Origin: Octopus bimaculoides
Taxonomy: Eukaryota
Direction: 5' to 3'
NCBI RefSeq assembly: GCF_001194135.2
Contig: NC_069005.1
Span: forward strand, 3,476,804-3,529,198
DNA length: 52,395 nt
Positions 25,676 through 38,025 of the stretch are shown here, piece after piece. A model generated the notes under the pieces. The model did no database searches. It worked only from the letters and a program-made list of their open reading frames with translations, and was not told the DNA's origin. The translations under genes and the position numbers were made by a program. Every line of letters starts with the position of its first letter. Position 1 is the first letter of the stretch.

Positions 25676-26749
25676 GTGCTTGCATGCAAATAGTCAAAAA
25701 CATTGCGTAGCCATGTGTATAAGTAAGTGTTTACAAGTTTTTGCAACCATATTCATGTTTTCCAATTGAGATTGCAGAATCCTCCGGGGTAATACAATCA
25801 AAATTACTAGTTTCAACAGACACAACCATTTATTGAAAACAGTGAAGAATGCTTCCTTTGAATTCGGCAGTTAGTTGCAACATCTAGACATTTCACCACA
25901 TTACGGAAATTTAGATTTTAGCCTAAAGTTACAAAACACACGCATTAGTAGGCACGCACACGTATTTCAATTGTACATNNNNNNNNNNNNNNNNNNNNNN
26001 NNNNNNNNNNNNNNNNNNNNNNNNNNNNNNNNNNNNNNNNNNNNNNNNNNNNNNNNNNNNNNNNNNNNNNNNNNNNNNNNNNNNNNNNNNNNNNNNNNNN
26101 NNNNNNNNNNNNNNNNNNNNNNNNNNNNNNNNNNNNNNNNNNNNNNNNNNNNNNNNNNNNNNNNNNNNNNNNNNNNNNNNNNNNNNNNNNNNNNNNNNNN
26201 NNNNNNNNNNNNNNNNNNNNNNNNNNNNNNNNNNNNNNNNNATATATACACATATATATATATACACATACCAATATATGTACACACACAGACACACATA
26301 TATGTATGCATGTATGTATGTAACTATATACCTATGTAATCGATATTCGGCTTGAGTTAATGATAACTTATCTGGCGTAATGGAAAAATATAACAGCTGT
26401 GATTGTAAAACATTTTTAAATATAGAATTCTACTCGCGCTGAATTTTCTTCTGATTAAAGAGAGATCCGTATAATGACTGAGGGGTATTTTTCAGACCAA
26501 AACGAAATCTTACTACTTAATAGTTAACAATAAACAATATTTTCACTTAGTTTTATAATAGTACTTATTGCGTGCATACCATAGAAATTTGATACAATTG
26601 ACTCAAGTGATGTTGGCTTCATATTTTTGCTCAACTTGTTGCTGAACATAACAGCCAAATCTTCAAGAAATCGCTAGATAATAGTCTAAGAAAGGGAGTG
26701 TCATTTTGTACCGTGCTGATTTGGATAAACTGTACTGATGTGTATTGTT

Positions 26750-27070
26750 CAGTGGTTACAGCGCTAGACTCATAATCATGAAGTTGTGAATTCGATACCT
26801 GGACTGGGGTGTGTATATTTTGTTCTTGAGCAAGACACTTTATTTCAACTTGCTCCAGTTCACTGAGCTGTAGAAATGAACTGTGAGGTCACTGATACCA
26901 AGATATATTGGCCTCTGCCTTAACCGTTCGGTACCATCTGTGGCGTGGAGAGGAGAGACTGGTATGCATGGGTGATTGCTGGACGTCCATAAACAATCTT
27001 TCTAGGACTTGTGCCTGTGGGGTTAACTTTGTAGGTGCAATCCCATGGCCATTCAAGTCCGAAAAGGGAA
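26750..27070 (+). mobile_element. tRNA-derived SINE
   Basis: agtggttacagcgctagactcataatcatgaagttgtgaattcgatacctgg (A/B-box-like), then ttcttgagcaagacactttatttcaacttgctccagttcactgagctg. Confidence 0.8.
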
Positions 27071-27149
27071 GGCTTATACACCTATTTTTGTTGTTGTTTT
27101 ATTGCGATCACAATACATTTAGAGTAGCACCTATGTACAGAAAGTGCAG

Positions 27150-27415
27150 CCTATACTTCGTCTCCGGATGCAGAAGAATGTCTCACCAAGTGGTTAAACA
27201 CCTCTGTAGATGTTTTGGCTCTTTCAGACACCACACTAGAGAGGTCCTACTAATGTAGGCAACAAGATTCCCACACAACATCTCCAGCGTTGTTGTGTCA
27301 CAGGTAGTGACTCTGGTCCAGATATTTCAATTCCCATCACCACTCCTGAACCAGGCATACATATTTGCTTCTTCGGTAGCTTTCACATCTTTCATCTCCT
27401 TCAAGTCCGGACGGT
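27150..27415 (-). mobile_element. Possible 3' end of a HERO/REL-type non-LTR retrotransposon, degenerate
   Basis: The minus strand gives KEMKDVKATEEANMYAWFRSGDGN-stop, loosely like the xEAAEKASxWxWxxR C-terminus of HERO elements, followed by a UTR-like stretch. The similarity is from memory only. Confidence 0.3.
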
Positions 27416-30400
27416 TAACCGTTCAAATATCATTAAAAATGCTTAACCATTTATATCTTTTTTAGAACATTCATGTCCCCGAACATTGAAAGCTTTTATA
27501 TCCCTGATCAACTAAATAAAAAGTTTGTATCCACCAACCTATTACAGAAAATTTCAAATTGCACTCTACTACTTTTGTTGTGTTGTGTATTATTTCACTT
27601 CATTTTATTTCATTCCTCCACTTTATCGTATCTTATCCCATTTTACTTAATTTTATTTTATTCTATTTTATTTTTCTTATCCTATTCTTGTAATGGCTTT
27701 ACCCTGTTATCTAACTAAACAAAGGCAGTATAATAAACATCGCAATCATGTAAATAAATTTTGAAGTGGCCTTAAGCAATGTGCTATGAAAGTTTATAAC
27801 AATGTTCATCGTATATTATATTTAAATAATAACAACTGAAAAATTAATGAAATGTTATCTTAGAAATATTCTCTTATCAATAATGTCGCGAAAATAAACC
27901 TTTTCAAGAATATTTAAATAACATTACAGAAATATGTCTCTTATCCTCATATGTTTGTCCTCTGTAGGTTTGTCTTTCCGTTCGTATGTGTGTCCACGCG
28001 TGAGTGACAGAAAATAGTGATATAGAAACGTACAAAGTGAGAGACGAAGAGAGAGAGAAAGAGAGAGTGAGAGAGAGTGGTAATTAAGTGACCACGTGTA
28101 ATAAGGTACGTAAATTGTAACCATGATCGTTGGAATCAGATATTTGAGGAATTATACTGTATTTTACTCTAAATTTCTCAATTTACCTACGACACGATTT
28201 TTCTAACATCGGTAACCCAAAATTATAAGACTATGTAATATGATCTATGGGTTAAGTCTGCCCAAATAACTGAAGGCATTGCACCATCCTTTGGTGCCAC
28301 CTTATCACTATATATATATATATATATATGAATATATACTCGTAGTCACTTAAACATGGCAGACCGATCCAGTAGACTCTACTGCGATATTTTAACCCCA
28401 AGAGGACATATCCCATAGCTAGTTGGGATACAGAGTTCCATCCAATAAAATTACAAGCAAGGGAGCGAAACTGCTACCATTTCTGATGTGTATATATATT
28501 TTTTTGAACACAAACACACACACACATGTATCTGTAATAGCTGACGTGTCCGGTAATTCCCGGGAAAGCAAGGATTATCCCTTGGTTCCACTCTCAATAT
28601 TGTTTCGCTGTTCTAATAACAATAATGAATTAAAACAGTTTTTGTGCATTTACAGAGAACAGCGAAATATCTTACACAGGGTCTTGTTTTTAGGGGTCCT
28701 CAATAGATTATGAATACCCGTATTGTGAAGTCCGTTATGTAATAACATGAAATTAGTTACCTGATAGTAAAGTAGCCCTGAAAAGGTATTTGATACGCTC
28801 CCAGAGTATATAGAACTTAGGAGGAAATACAAATAAGGTATGGATGCTAAAATCGTGAAGCATGTTATGTAATAACAGGCTAATCAGATATGAGATAATA
28901 ACAATTCAATTTAAGTCACTCTGAAAAGGACATTTGTGCGTTCCCAGACAATATTACCCTCAGCAGCGTTGGTGTTGGTATCTTCGTGAACATGTCACTA
29001 ACCGCAATAAGTGGATCTACTTACTTTTTTAAGGGTTGCACTGGATAAATTGCGAAAATAATTCTAACAATTCAAATACTAAGAAATAAGCATACTCAAT
29101 TTGATTTATATAAAATAATTTAGGAAAATGAATCGGTTATGTTGCTTGGCTTTTAAAATGAGGTTTCCAGACGTGTTCTACTCATGTGGGAAGTTTCATC
29201 AAAGTCGATAAGACGATGTAGGAGGAGTTAGCCAACAATTCCACAAATACACCCACAGATAGAATTTCCCACCTATGTAGTACATATCCATATATATATA
29301 TATATCCCAATACCTCAAACAAATATGAATATATATATACGGATATATACATATGTGTGTGTGTGTGCGTGGGGTATGTATCTACGTAATTATATATACG
29401 CACAATGTGAGAGGCATATATTTGCATGCTTTTTCTTGAGTTGAGCCTTAATGTTTTGCATTGATATATTTTATTTTTCATTCGATATTTCGCATCAGTT
29501 ATGAAATCCGATTCATTACCTCAAATTTTAGTCGTTGTCATTTTTTCCCTTTGTTTGTTGGGCGGCGGAGATTTTCTCATAGATGTTTCTTTTTTTTATT
29601 TTAAAGATGTTCCTTTGAAGTTAAGTGGCGTTGAATAAAGCAATATAATTGGAGTCTAGTTAAATAAATTTTAGTGTTTATTTGGTAAGGGTAATGCTAA
29701 ATTTCTCTCCTTTGTAGTTCTCTCGTTTGTAATTTTTTAGTGAAAATCACTTTTGCACAAAATGTCAGCATTGTACATTGTACTTTAGTTGATTATTTGT
29801 TTGTAGAAAAATTTGAAATTCTAAGAGACATGTTTTCCACAATATCAGAATATTTCATGTTGCTTATCAATGAAAACAATAATTCATATCCACCCCTACA
29901 TCTTTGATATTTCATGTTAACAATGTAGACCAAAGATAGAACTAACAATATTATAATTTAATATTCAATAACGTATTTAAAATTCTTAATATCCGCATAA
30001 TAACTCTTTTATCTATGAAACCTAATAGTTAACATGATATAATTCTGAATTCAATATTTTATAAATACCATATTGATAGCATTTCTCATCATTTATGTTT
30101 CATTTTATAAATCATCTCACATTTAATTGTCCATCACTTTTTCTAAATGATATGAAAGAGAAAATGCAGCAAAACGGCTATGGCGGAAAGCGTACGAAAT
30201 AACATTAATATCAAAAGCAGCAACTAATATGTTTTGCCAAAATTAATAGATCAACATATTAGAAATTAGTTTCTACCTTTCTTATCGTCATTAATTACTT
30301 AGTTGTTATCTTCTTTCGTTTCTTCTTTTCTTTATGATATTTATTTCACAATCAGTTCATCGCGCTGTCATTGAAATAATTCTTAAACACATTTGCCCAT

Positions 30401-30648
30401 TTAATATTGCACACTTCCTGCATCTTTCACCTTTTCTCACAAGATAATTTGTATCGCAGCATAAGGACAAAAATCTCAGCAAAATATGATGCTCCACTCG
30501 TTTCATTTTATGGGCAGAAATTATTCCATATGCGTCGAGGAATAGTATGGAGTGTATATTAAATTTTTAACAGTACTAGCCAGCCTCGGAATATTTGAAT
30601 AGAATACAGTCTACCCAACGCTTTGAATACACGTAGACACACACACAC

Positions 30649-30652
<4 letters not shown>

Positions 30653-30721
<69 letters not shown>
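30653..30721. repeat. (TC)n microsatellite running into an N-gap
   Basis: Directly visible. Confidence 0.97.
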
Positions 30722-31669
30722 NNNNNNNNNNNNNNNNNNNNNNNNNNNNNNNNNNNNNNNNNNNNNNNNNNNNNNNNNNNNNNNNNNNNNNNNNNNNNNN
30801 NNNNNNNNNNNNNNNNNNNNNNNNNNNNNNNNNNNNNNNNNNNNNNNNNNNNNNNNNNNNNNNNNNNNNNNNNNNNNNNNNNNNNNNNNNNNNNNNNNNN
30901 NNNNNNNNNNNNNNNNNNNNNNNNNNNNNNNNNNNNNNNNNNNNNNNNNNNNNNNNNNNNNNNNNNNNNNNNNNNNNNNNNNNNNNNNNNNNNNNNNNNN
31001 NNNNNNNNNNNNNNNNNTATATAGATAGTTAGATAGATAGATAGATAGATACATATGTAGATAAATACTTATATATATAATACACACATACATACATATA
31101 TATATAAAGAGAGGGGGAGGGAGAGAGAGAGGGGAGGGTGACAGATAAAATGTATGCAAGTAAACGATTGAGCGAGAAAGATCTAGTAATACCGATATTG
31201 CTCATCTTATGGCCCTGCTAGTTATAGAATTTCGTACTCGTATCAACAGCTCCAATTCGTAATCATCAATGCACAAATGCGAACATTTAAAAAGGTTTGA
31301 CATATAAACACGTCTAACAATCAGCAATCAGCTTATTCCTGGGAAGCCAACAAAAGAACAAAAAAACTAGATATTTCTTCTGCTACGACAACAAATACAT
31401 TTGGGAAAAATATTCTATAGAAAATATCTACAACTAGCAAATCTTAGAATGTAGATGGTGGAGAAAATAAAAAAAAAATATGTACCTATTGAACGTCGGT
31501 GAGAATTCAAGGGACAGGAAATATTTACGCATAATTATGACATGCATTGGAATGCAGTGACAAAGCAAACGTCAAGCGTAAAAAGAGAAAAAATGAAGCT
31601 GGTCTGAAAAAGTTTCTATTCCGACAACAAAGAAACATGATATAAGGATATTTCTCTGTATGTATACAA

Positions 31670-31672
<3 letters not shown>

Positions 31673-31732
<60 letters not shown>

Positions 31733-31764
31733 NNNNNNNNNNNNNNNNNNNNNNNNNNNNNNNN

Positions 31765-31805
<41 letters not shown>
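31673..31805. repeat. (CA)n-gap-(TA)n microsatellite
   Basis: Directly visible. Confidence 0.95.
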
Positions 31806-31813
<8 letters not shown>

Positions 31814-31914
31814 AATACACACACGCACAAACACACCCATATGGATGAATGTTCTTAGGAAAAATACAGTGAAGGCAGAATTTCAATATTTCAATATGTC
31901 AAGATTTAAATATT

Positions 31915-31982
31915 CTGAAGCTGAGATACCACTAAGCATTTTGCCAGATGCTTTAATGACTCTGCCAACATCACTACCTTCG
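31915..31982 (-). mobile_element. Degenerate SINE head fragment
   Basis: ataccactaagcattttgccagatgctttaatgactctgccaacatcactacctt resembles the reverse complement of the SINE 5' end as I recall it. Confidence 0.45.
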
Positions 31983-32613
31983 GAACAAACATAATAACAA
32001 TAATAGGCTGAATATAACAATATAGGATGAAAAGCTATGAACTAGTGGTAAATCCAAACGCGAACACAATATACCGATCTACAGAGATGTGTTCATGACA
32101 TGAACGCATTCCTATATCAGGAATGTTGCTGGCCTTGTGCCTAAGTTTCAAACAATTATAGTCGATAACAATGAAGAGGTTAAAACATGGAAATTTATAT
32201 TCTATGATGGTCGGTTTACGTAACCAATAGACGTGCGTGCTAAAAAAATTGAAATTATATTGCATTTAAAAAATAAATTGCTCTTATCTGTTTAATATCA
32301 CAGATGTTTAAAGTTAGTTGAATTAAAATTGTTTAAAAAATTAGTCAAGATTAAATTTCTCTCTGTTTCTATTTACATTTATTACTCATAAAATGACAGA
32401 TAACCTGAAAATAAATTGAAAATATATTTCACTGAAAAACATTTTTTTTTCTTATCATTTTAAAACTACGAGTTGTTTTAAAAGAAAAAAAAACAATTAT
32501 GCGGCATTCAGCTCCGCATGTAAGTTTTCTTGCGTATATATGTATATACTGATGTATATATGCATGCATATATACATATATATACTTGCATACATATACA
32601 CATACATATATAA

Positions 32614-32625
<12 letters not shown>

Positions 32626-32680
<55 letters not shown>
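32626..32680. repeat. (TA)n microsatellite
   Basis: Directly visible. Confidence 0.97.
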
Positions 32681-32691
<11 letters not shown>

Positions 32692-33573
32692 ATATACAAA
32701 CATACGAAAACACGTATGTAAATAAATAAAAATATATACATATATACACACATACATAAGAACACACACATATATATATGTATATAGGTAAATGTATACA
32801 TATATGTCAAAGCAGACTATGGTTTCCCCTAATATATATCATCAATATCAAAACATTAATCATCGTATATCTAGAGTATGTCAGTCGCTTAATTCTTTCT
32901 TCCGCCATTCCCTCTCCATCAGAACAATGGGTGTTTACGAGACAAAGTTCTTAACTTGAAATTCATGTGTTCAAATTCATATTGATATCTAATTCTTCAC
33001 CACAGTTGTCATCAATTTTTAAAACTGCGATATTTAACTAAGGTAACATTTCAAGAGAAATGAGCTTATTTTTCTTCTCTCTATGCAAGAAACACTCCTA
33101 AATAGCTGATATATGACTATTTTTATTTCAGATTAAACATGCATAAAAAAACGTTTTCCTGAGTATGTCGACTGTATAACGCTCCGGTGATAGTAAAGCA
33201 TTAACGTCATCAAATCCCCTTCGTTTCACGTTATTATAGGTATTTACATTTTATAGTTAACTGAAGAGAAATATATTTTCGTGCCTACAGACACATATCA
33301 CGTCCTGTTTATCCACGCGAACACAAAACACTGCTTCGAGATCGATTTTTATCGAGTAGTCATTGATTTTTATATCAGAATGAACACTTGTTAGTATGTT
33401 TCTAGATTGCGGACGATATATTTTTCTGTAAATGGCAAGTTCTCATGGCACGATTCAAGTTTACGATCACAAATGGGAAATACTACAGACACATTATGTT
33501 TATATATATTTAAAAACATTTCGTCGCATATGTTTTCTGTTGCCAGTTAGAAGCTTCTTCCGTAATTGTGTCT

Positions 33574-34066
33574 TCATGGTTTCATCTCTGACTGGGTATA
33601 GATCGCCTAGACGTGCACATACACATGTATATATACATATATAAGGTGCAGATGTGGCTTTGGAGTANNNNNNNNNNNNNNNNNNNNNNNNNNNNNNNNN
33701 NNNNNNNNNNNNNNNNNNNNNNNNNNNNNNNNNNNNNNNNNNNNNNNNNNNNNNNNNNNNNNNNNNNNNNNNNNNNNNNNNNNNNNNNNNNNNNNNNNNN
33801 NNNNNNNNNNNNNNNNNNNNNNNNNNNNNNNNNNNNNNNNNNNNNNNNNNNNNNNNNNNNNNNNNNNNNNNNNNNNNNNNNNNNNNNNNNNNNNNNNNNN
33901 NNNNNNNNNNNNNNNNNNNNNNNNNNNNNNNNNNNNNNNNNNNNNNNNNNNNNNNNNNNNNNNNNNNNNNNNTCATGGTTTCATCTCTGACTGGGTATAG
34001 ATCGCCTAGACGTGCACATACACATGTATATATACATATATAAGGTGCAGATGTGGCTTTGGAGTA
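33574..34066. other. Identical 94-bp sequence on both sides of an N-gap (33574-33667 = 33973-34066); probable scaffolding overlap artefact
   Basis: Exact duplicate flanking the gap. Confidence 0.8.
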
Positions 34067-34355
34067 AGTAGCTTGAACACCAATCACATTGTTACGGGTT
34101 CAGTCCCACTGCGTGGCACCTTGGGCAACTGTCGTCTGCTTATAGTAGACTCGTGAGTGGATTTGGCAGATGTAAACTGACAGAAGCCCATCGAATATAT
34201 ATATGTATATGAATATATGTGTGAGTGTGTGTGTGTGTGTGTGGTGTGTGTGTGTGTGTGTGGGTGTGTGGGTGTGTGTCTATGTCTGCCCCCCCTCCAT
34301 TGCTTGACAACCGATGCTGGTGTGAATACATTCCCATATCTTTGCGGTTCGGCTC
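34042..34355 (+). mobile_element. tRNA-derived SINE with internal (TG)n
   Basis: gggttcagtcccactgcgtggcaccttgggcaa...gtgagtggatttggcaga...agaagccc...ttgacaaccgatgctggtgtg...gcggttcggc. The 5' part is mirrored at 37685-37835 and the 3' part at 49935-50010. Confidence 0.85.
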
Positions 34356-35921
34356 CACAGCTATAGAGCCATTAATGATGTAAGGCAACGTTACAATGGC
34401 GTATTTTGTAAAAGTTTCTAATTAAATCCATCTCTGAAATTGTTCCTGTCATTTTACAGAATATGTCATTAAATTTAATATTAATAAGTGATTGATCTGA
34501 TATCTATCTGTTGAATCGTTTACATTTATTAGTTTTTCATGGATGCATGAAAACCCTAACCTATCTTTCGTTTTCGATGCGCATATATTGCGTATTTTGC
34601 AATGGGATAAATATGAAAATGCAATATTGTAAGCCGCTCTGTGATTAGCTGAGTTCATATAATAGTTTCGAAATAAATTGTCCAACAACGAAAGCTAATC
34701 AAAATGCCATTTATCTGCCGGTTACTAAACTAAGTGGGGATACATCGGTCTTCCTTTGAAGTTCAGAAATAGGAATATCAATGGAGCAGGAAAAACTGAG
34801 AAAATGTATGGGCGTGTTGTAGGATGACCACTTCCAAATTGAGGGAGTTATAATATAAATGCTTACCATGATATATATTAGTCTAGCGATTTTGTCATTA
34901 AAATTCTGGTTTTACCTGATCATCTTGTGGCTGAATAAAGAAGCCGTAAACAATATACACATACAAGCACTACACACACACACACAAACCACATACACAT
35001 GCGCACACAAAGAGGAACAAGACAGCGCATTCACATTCATGCTTTCATACATATATATATTTGTGAATATACACGTAGATATATATAATTGTGAATAAAT
35101 TTGTGTGTATGTGTATACGAGTGTGTATGTATATATAGATGGATGGATTCACTTTTCAGTAAAAGACTGGGATTTAAATACGAGGAAAACACAGAGTATA
35201 TAAACGTGTTATAAATGGTAAGAGAGATTTAGCGGTGAGAGTGAGTGCACGAGAGTCTCGCGAATACGTAAGGCGAAATCGTATTAAAAATTGTTGCAAA
35301 AATATTTTTGTTCTCGTTTCTGAAACATAACCACGTACACACAACTCCGACGCGAACACTGATATCATTCTTTCTTATTTATTACTATTTCTCATTCCAG
35401 TCAGCTCGCTTGTTTCTCATCCACCTCATACTCTACTTCACTCACTCAATTTCAATCATTTCTTATCACCCAATCATCCACGACATAGTCCCACACATTT
35501 TTGTTTTCTTATATTGCGCAGTTACAAACTTACCCGACTTCTTCATAGATTTAAACTCCCCCCACTTACACGATGAATACTATTCCAAGATATGGAAGAT
35601 TGTGAATGACAAGCTGTCATTTCAATATTTATCATATGAACACGTATTTTAAACTTCACGGCTACGTAACTGATAATACAGAAGATATATATATATATAT
35701 AGTGGGTAGATTCTCAAGAACATATTTGTCTTTTTCTTATGTCCTGATAAGTATTCCCAGCTAAAAAAATTTGGATATATTTTATGATGAATATATGAAT
35801 ATGTTTGTATATTTTTCACATACACCATCGCCCGCAATTTTATGAATGCAATTTATATATNNNNNNNNNNNNNNNNNNNNNNNNNNNNNNNNNNNNNNNN
35901 NNNNNNNNNNNNNNNNNNNNN

Positions 35922-35960
<39 letters not shown>

Positions 35961-36307
35961 TTGTATACAAAATAACATTTGTGTTTGAAAATACGCGCAT
36001 ATGTGAAAGCATTTCGATACTTCATGGAACAGAAATGATGAAACCAAATACACAAGTACAAATATTTCAGCGAGGATTTTAATTTTTCCAAAATCTCCCC
36101 GCCCTACTTTGATATTAAATTAATTAAATATTCTCGTCACAAACAATCTTCCTGCAAAATGTTTAATATAAGCTTATTTTCCATACTGAAGCAACAGGTA
36201 TCAATAATATATCTATTTTATGTATTGGAATTCAGTGAGAGGAATTTTCAAATTCAACTATCTTCTGAATCAACCGCAGGATTTCTTCATGGCATCTCCT
36301 GCTACAG

Positions 36308-36406
36308 GAAAATGAAGGAATAGTAATTGGTGCTTTAGAAAGAAGAAATTCGCAGTCAATGAATGTAGATTTTCCTTCTTTTGGATATGGACGTCGACGA
36401 ACATAA
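36308..36406 (+). CDS. Speculative terminal coding exon: ENEGIVIGALERRNSQSMNVDFPSFGYGRRRT* (prohormone-like)
   Basis: Pyrimidine-rich acceptor (tttcttcatggcatctcctgctacag|), 32 open codons, TAA at 36404-36406 and AATAAA at 36469-36474. No homolog recognised and no upstream exon found. Confidence 0.2.
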   Translation, partial: ENEGIVIGALERRNSQSMNVDFPSFGYGRRRT

Positions 36407-37098
36407 GCGCTTGCATATGCTCAACAGATGTATTTGTTACTAATATTCCGTTATGTGTGATACACATGAATAAAATGATCCAATAACCATCACATCATAG
36501 CTGACTTCAAGAACAGAATTATACACTTTTAAATGCTTTCTTAGATGAAAAAGAAAATGTATAGCTTGGACTTTGAAGTGCGATCCATAATCCTAATGAT
36601 CATTTTGAAGAAATATTTACTTAATCTTCATACAATGAAAACACGAACTGCAAATACATAAATTACTCGATTGCAAGGAGAGGATATATTTTCATAAAAG
36701 AATGTGCGTATGCAGCTGCACATTGGCAGATATAGGTCACTCTGTTGGTAAGTATATGATTTTATCTATATCTCTGAAAAACCGACAAACATTATAATGA
36801 TGTATAAACATATCACAGTTCGGAAGTCAACGTCAGCGATTTAAGATGAATGGTATCCAAAGTGATAAAATGCGCTAAATGTCTCCAAACAATTTACTTT
36901 ACCTTATTTTTAAACGAAGTATGGTTTGTTCTGAAATATTATATAGAGATGACGTCTTTCGGTTGATATAAATATGTATACTATACTGATTTTCAGAACA
37001 GAAAGTATGACAACGAATGTAAAAATTAACAATTTCGTAAGCACAGCTGCTGAAAATTGAGAACAATTACCGTACGCACCATGAACATGTGCACATGT

Positions 37099-37103
<5 letters not shown>

Positions 37104-37192
<89 letters not shown>
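37104..37192. repeat. (CA)n(TA)n microsatellite
   Basis: Directly visible. Confidence 0.97.
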
Positions 37193-37193
<1 letters not shown>

Positions 37194-37208
37194 AACAAAT
37201 ATATATAA

Positions 37209-37675
37209 TACGTTCTTTCTGAAGCAAACACGACTGCTGAGACTCACAAAAAGAAATGTAAAGTTTATGGTGTTGATTGCTTAACAGAGCACTTATGTCA
37301 GAAATGCTTATATATATATATATATTTTTAAACGAATAATCAGCGGGGATGAAAAATGTATTGTCTACAATAGCATCAATCGAAAACAATCATGGTCCAG
37401 GTCTAGTAAACCAGTACAAACCACATCGAAATGTGAAATTCTTTGGTTGGTAAAACTTACAATAATTATGACCTGAAATCGCATTTGCTTCGGTTGTTGG
37501 CTCATAAATACCAGAAGTTCTATGAGAGCAAAATCATGAAGTTGACAGAATGATGGCATAGTTCATCAAACGAAATGGAAAATATATTATTGATTAAAGA
37601 TCACTCTTTGTATGACAGAAAAAAAGACTTTTATTTCGCACTAAATCTAGAAATTACTTTCTTGTCAAACCAATA
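37209..37675 (+). mobile_element. Internally deleted mariner (Tc1/mariner) DNA transposon remnant
   Basis: Three transposase pieces: N-terminal HTH-like TAETHKKKCKVYGVDCLTEHLCQKC; IFKRIISGDEKCIVYNSINRKQSW (mariner FLxRIVTGDEKW motif with the first catalytic Asp); and C-terminal GKTYNNYDLKSHL...QKFYESKIMKLTE*W...RNGKYIID*. It ends in the TIR-like aattactttcttgtcaaaccaa followed by TA. Confidence 0.9.
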
Positions 37676-37684
37676 TATATAACA

Positions 37685-37835
37685 CAACCGGATTCTTTCG
37701 GTCTATGTCTATGAACATCTTCTCACTGTCTAACGCTATAGTGAGAGCCACTTGCCCATGGTGCCCACAAATGAGGCCGAAACCGGAACCCCATCGTTCA
37801 TAATTTAACTCCTTAGCACACATCCATTCCTGGGT
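37685..37835 (-). mobile_element. SINE 5' part, degenerate
   Basis: cacttgcccatggtgcccacaaatgaggccgaaaccggaacc is the reverse complement of the head at 34085-34130. Confidence 0.7.
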
Positions 37836-37936
37836 ATCTCTCTCTATATATATATGTATGTATTTAGAAGCATGTATGAGTGTGTGCACATCTGATACGT
37901 ACGTATGCATGTACATATAAACACACACACACACAC

Positions 37937-37967
<31 letters not shown>

Positions 37968-37968
37968 G

Positions 37969-38025
<57 letters not shown>

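Noticed and set aside
27195-27235. Hammerhead-like ctgaaagagccaaaac on the minus strand
   Set aside because: Both core strands are mutated and no convincing stems are present.
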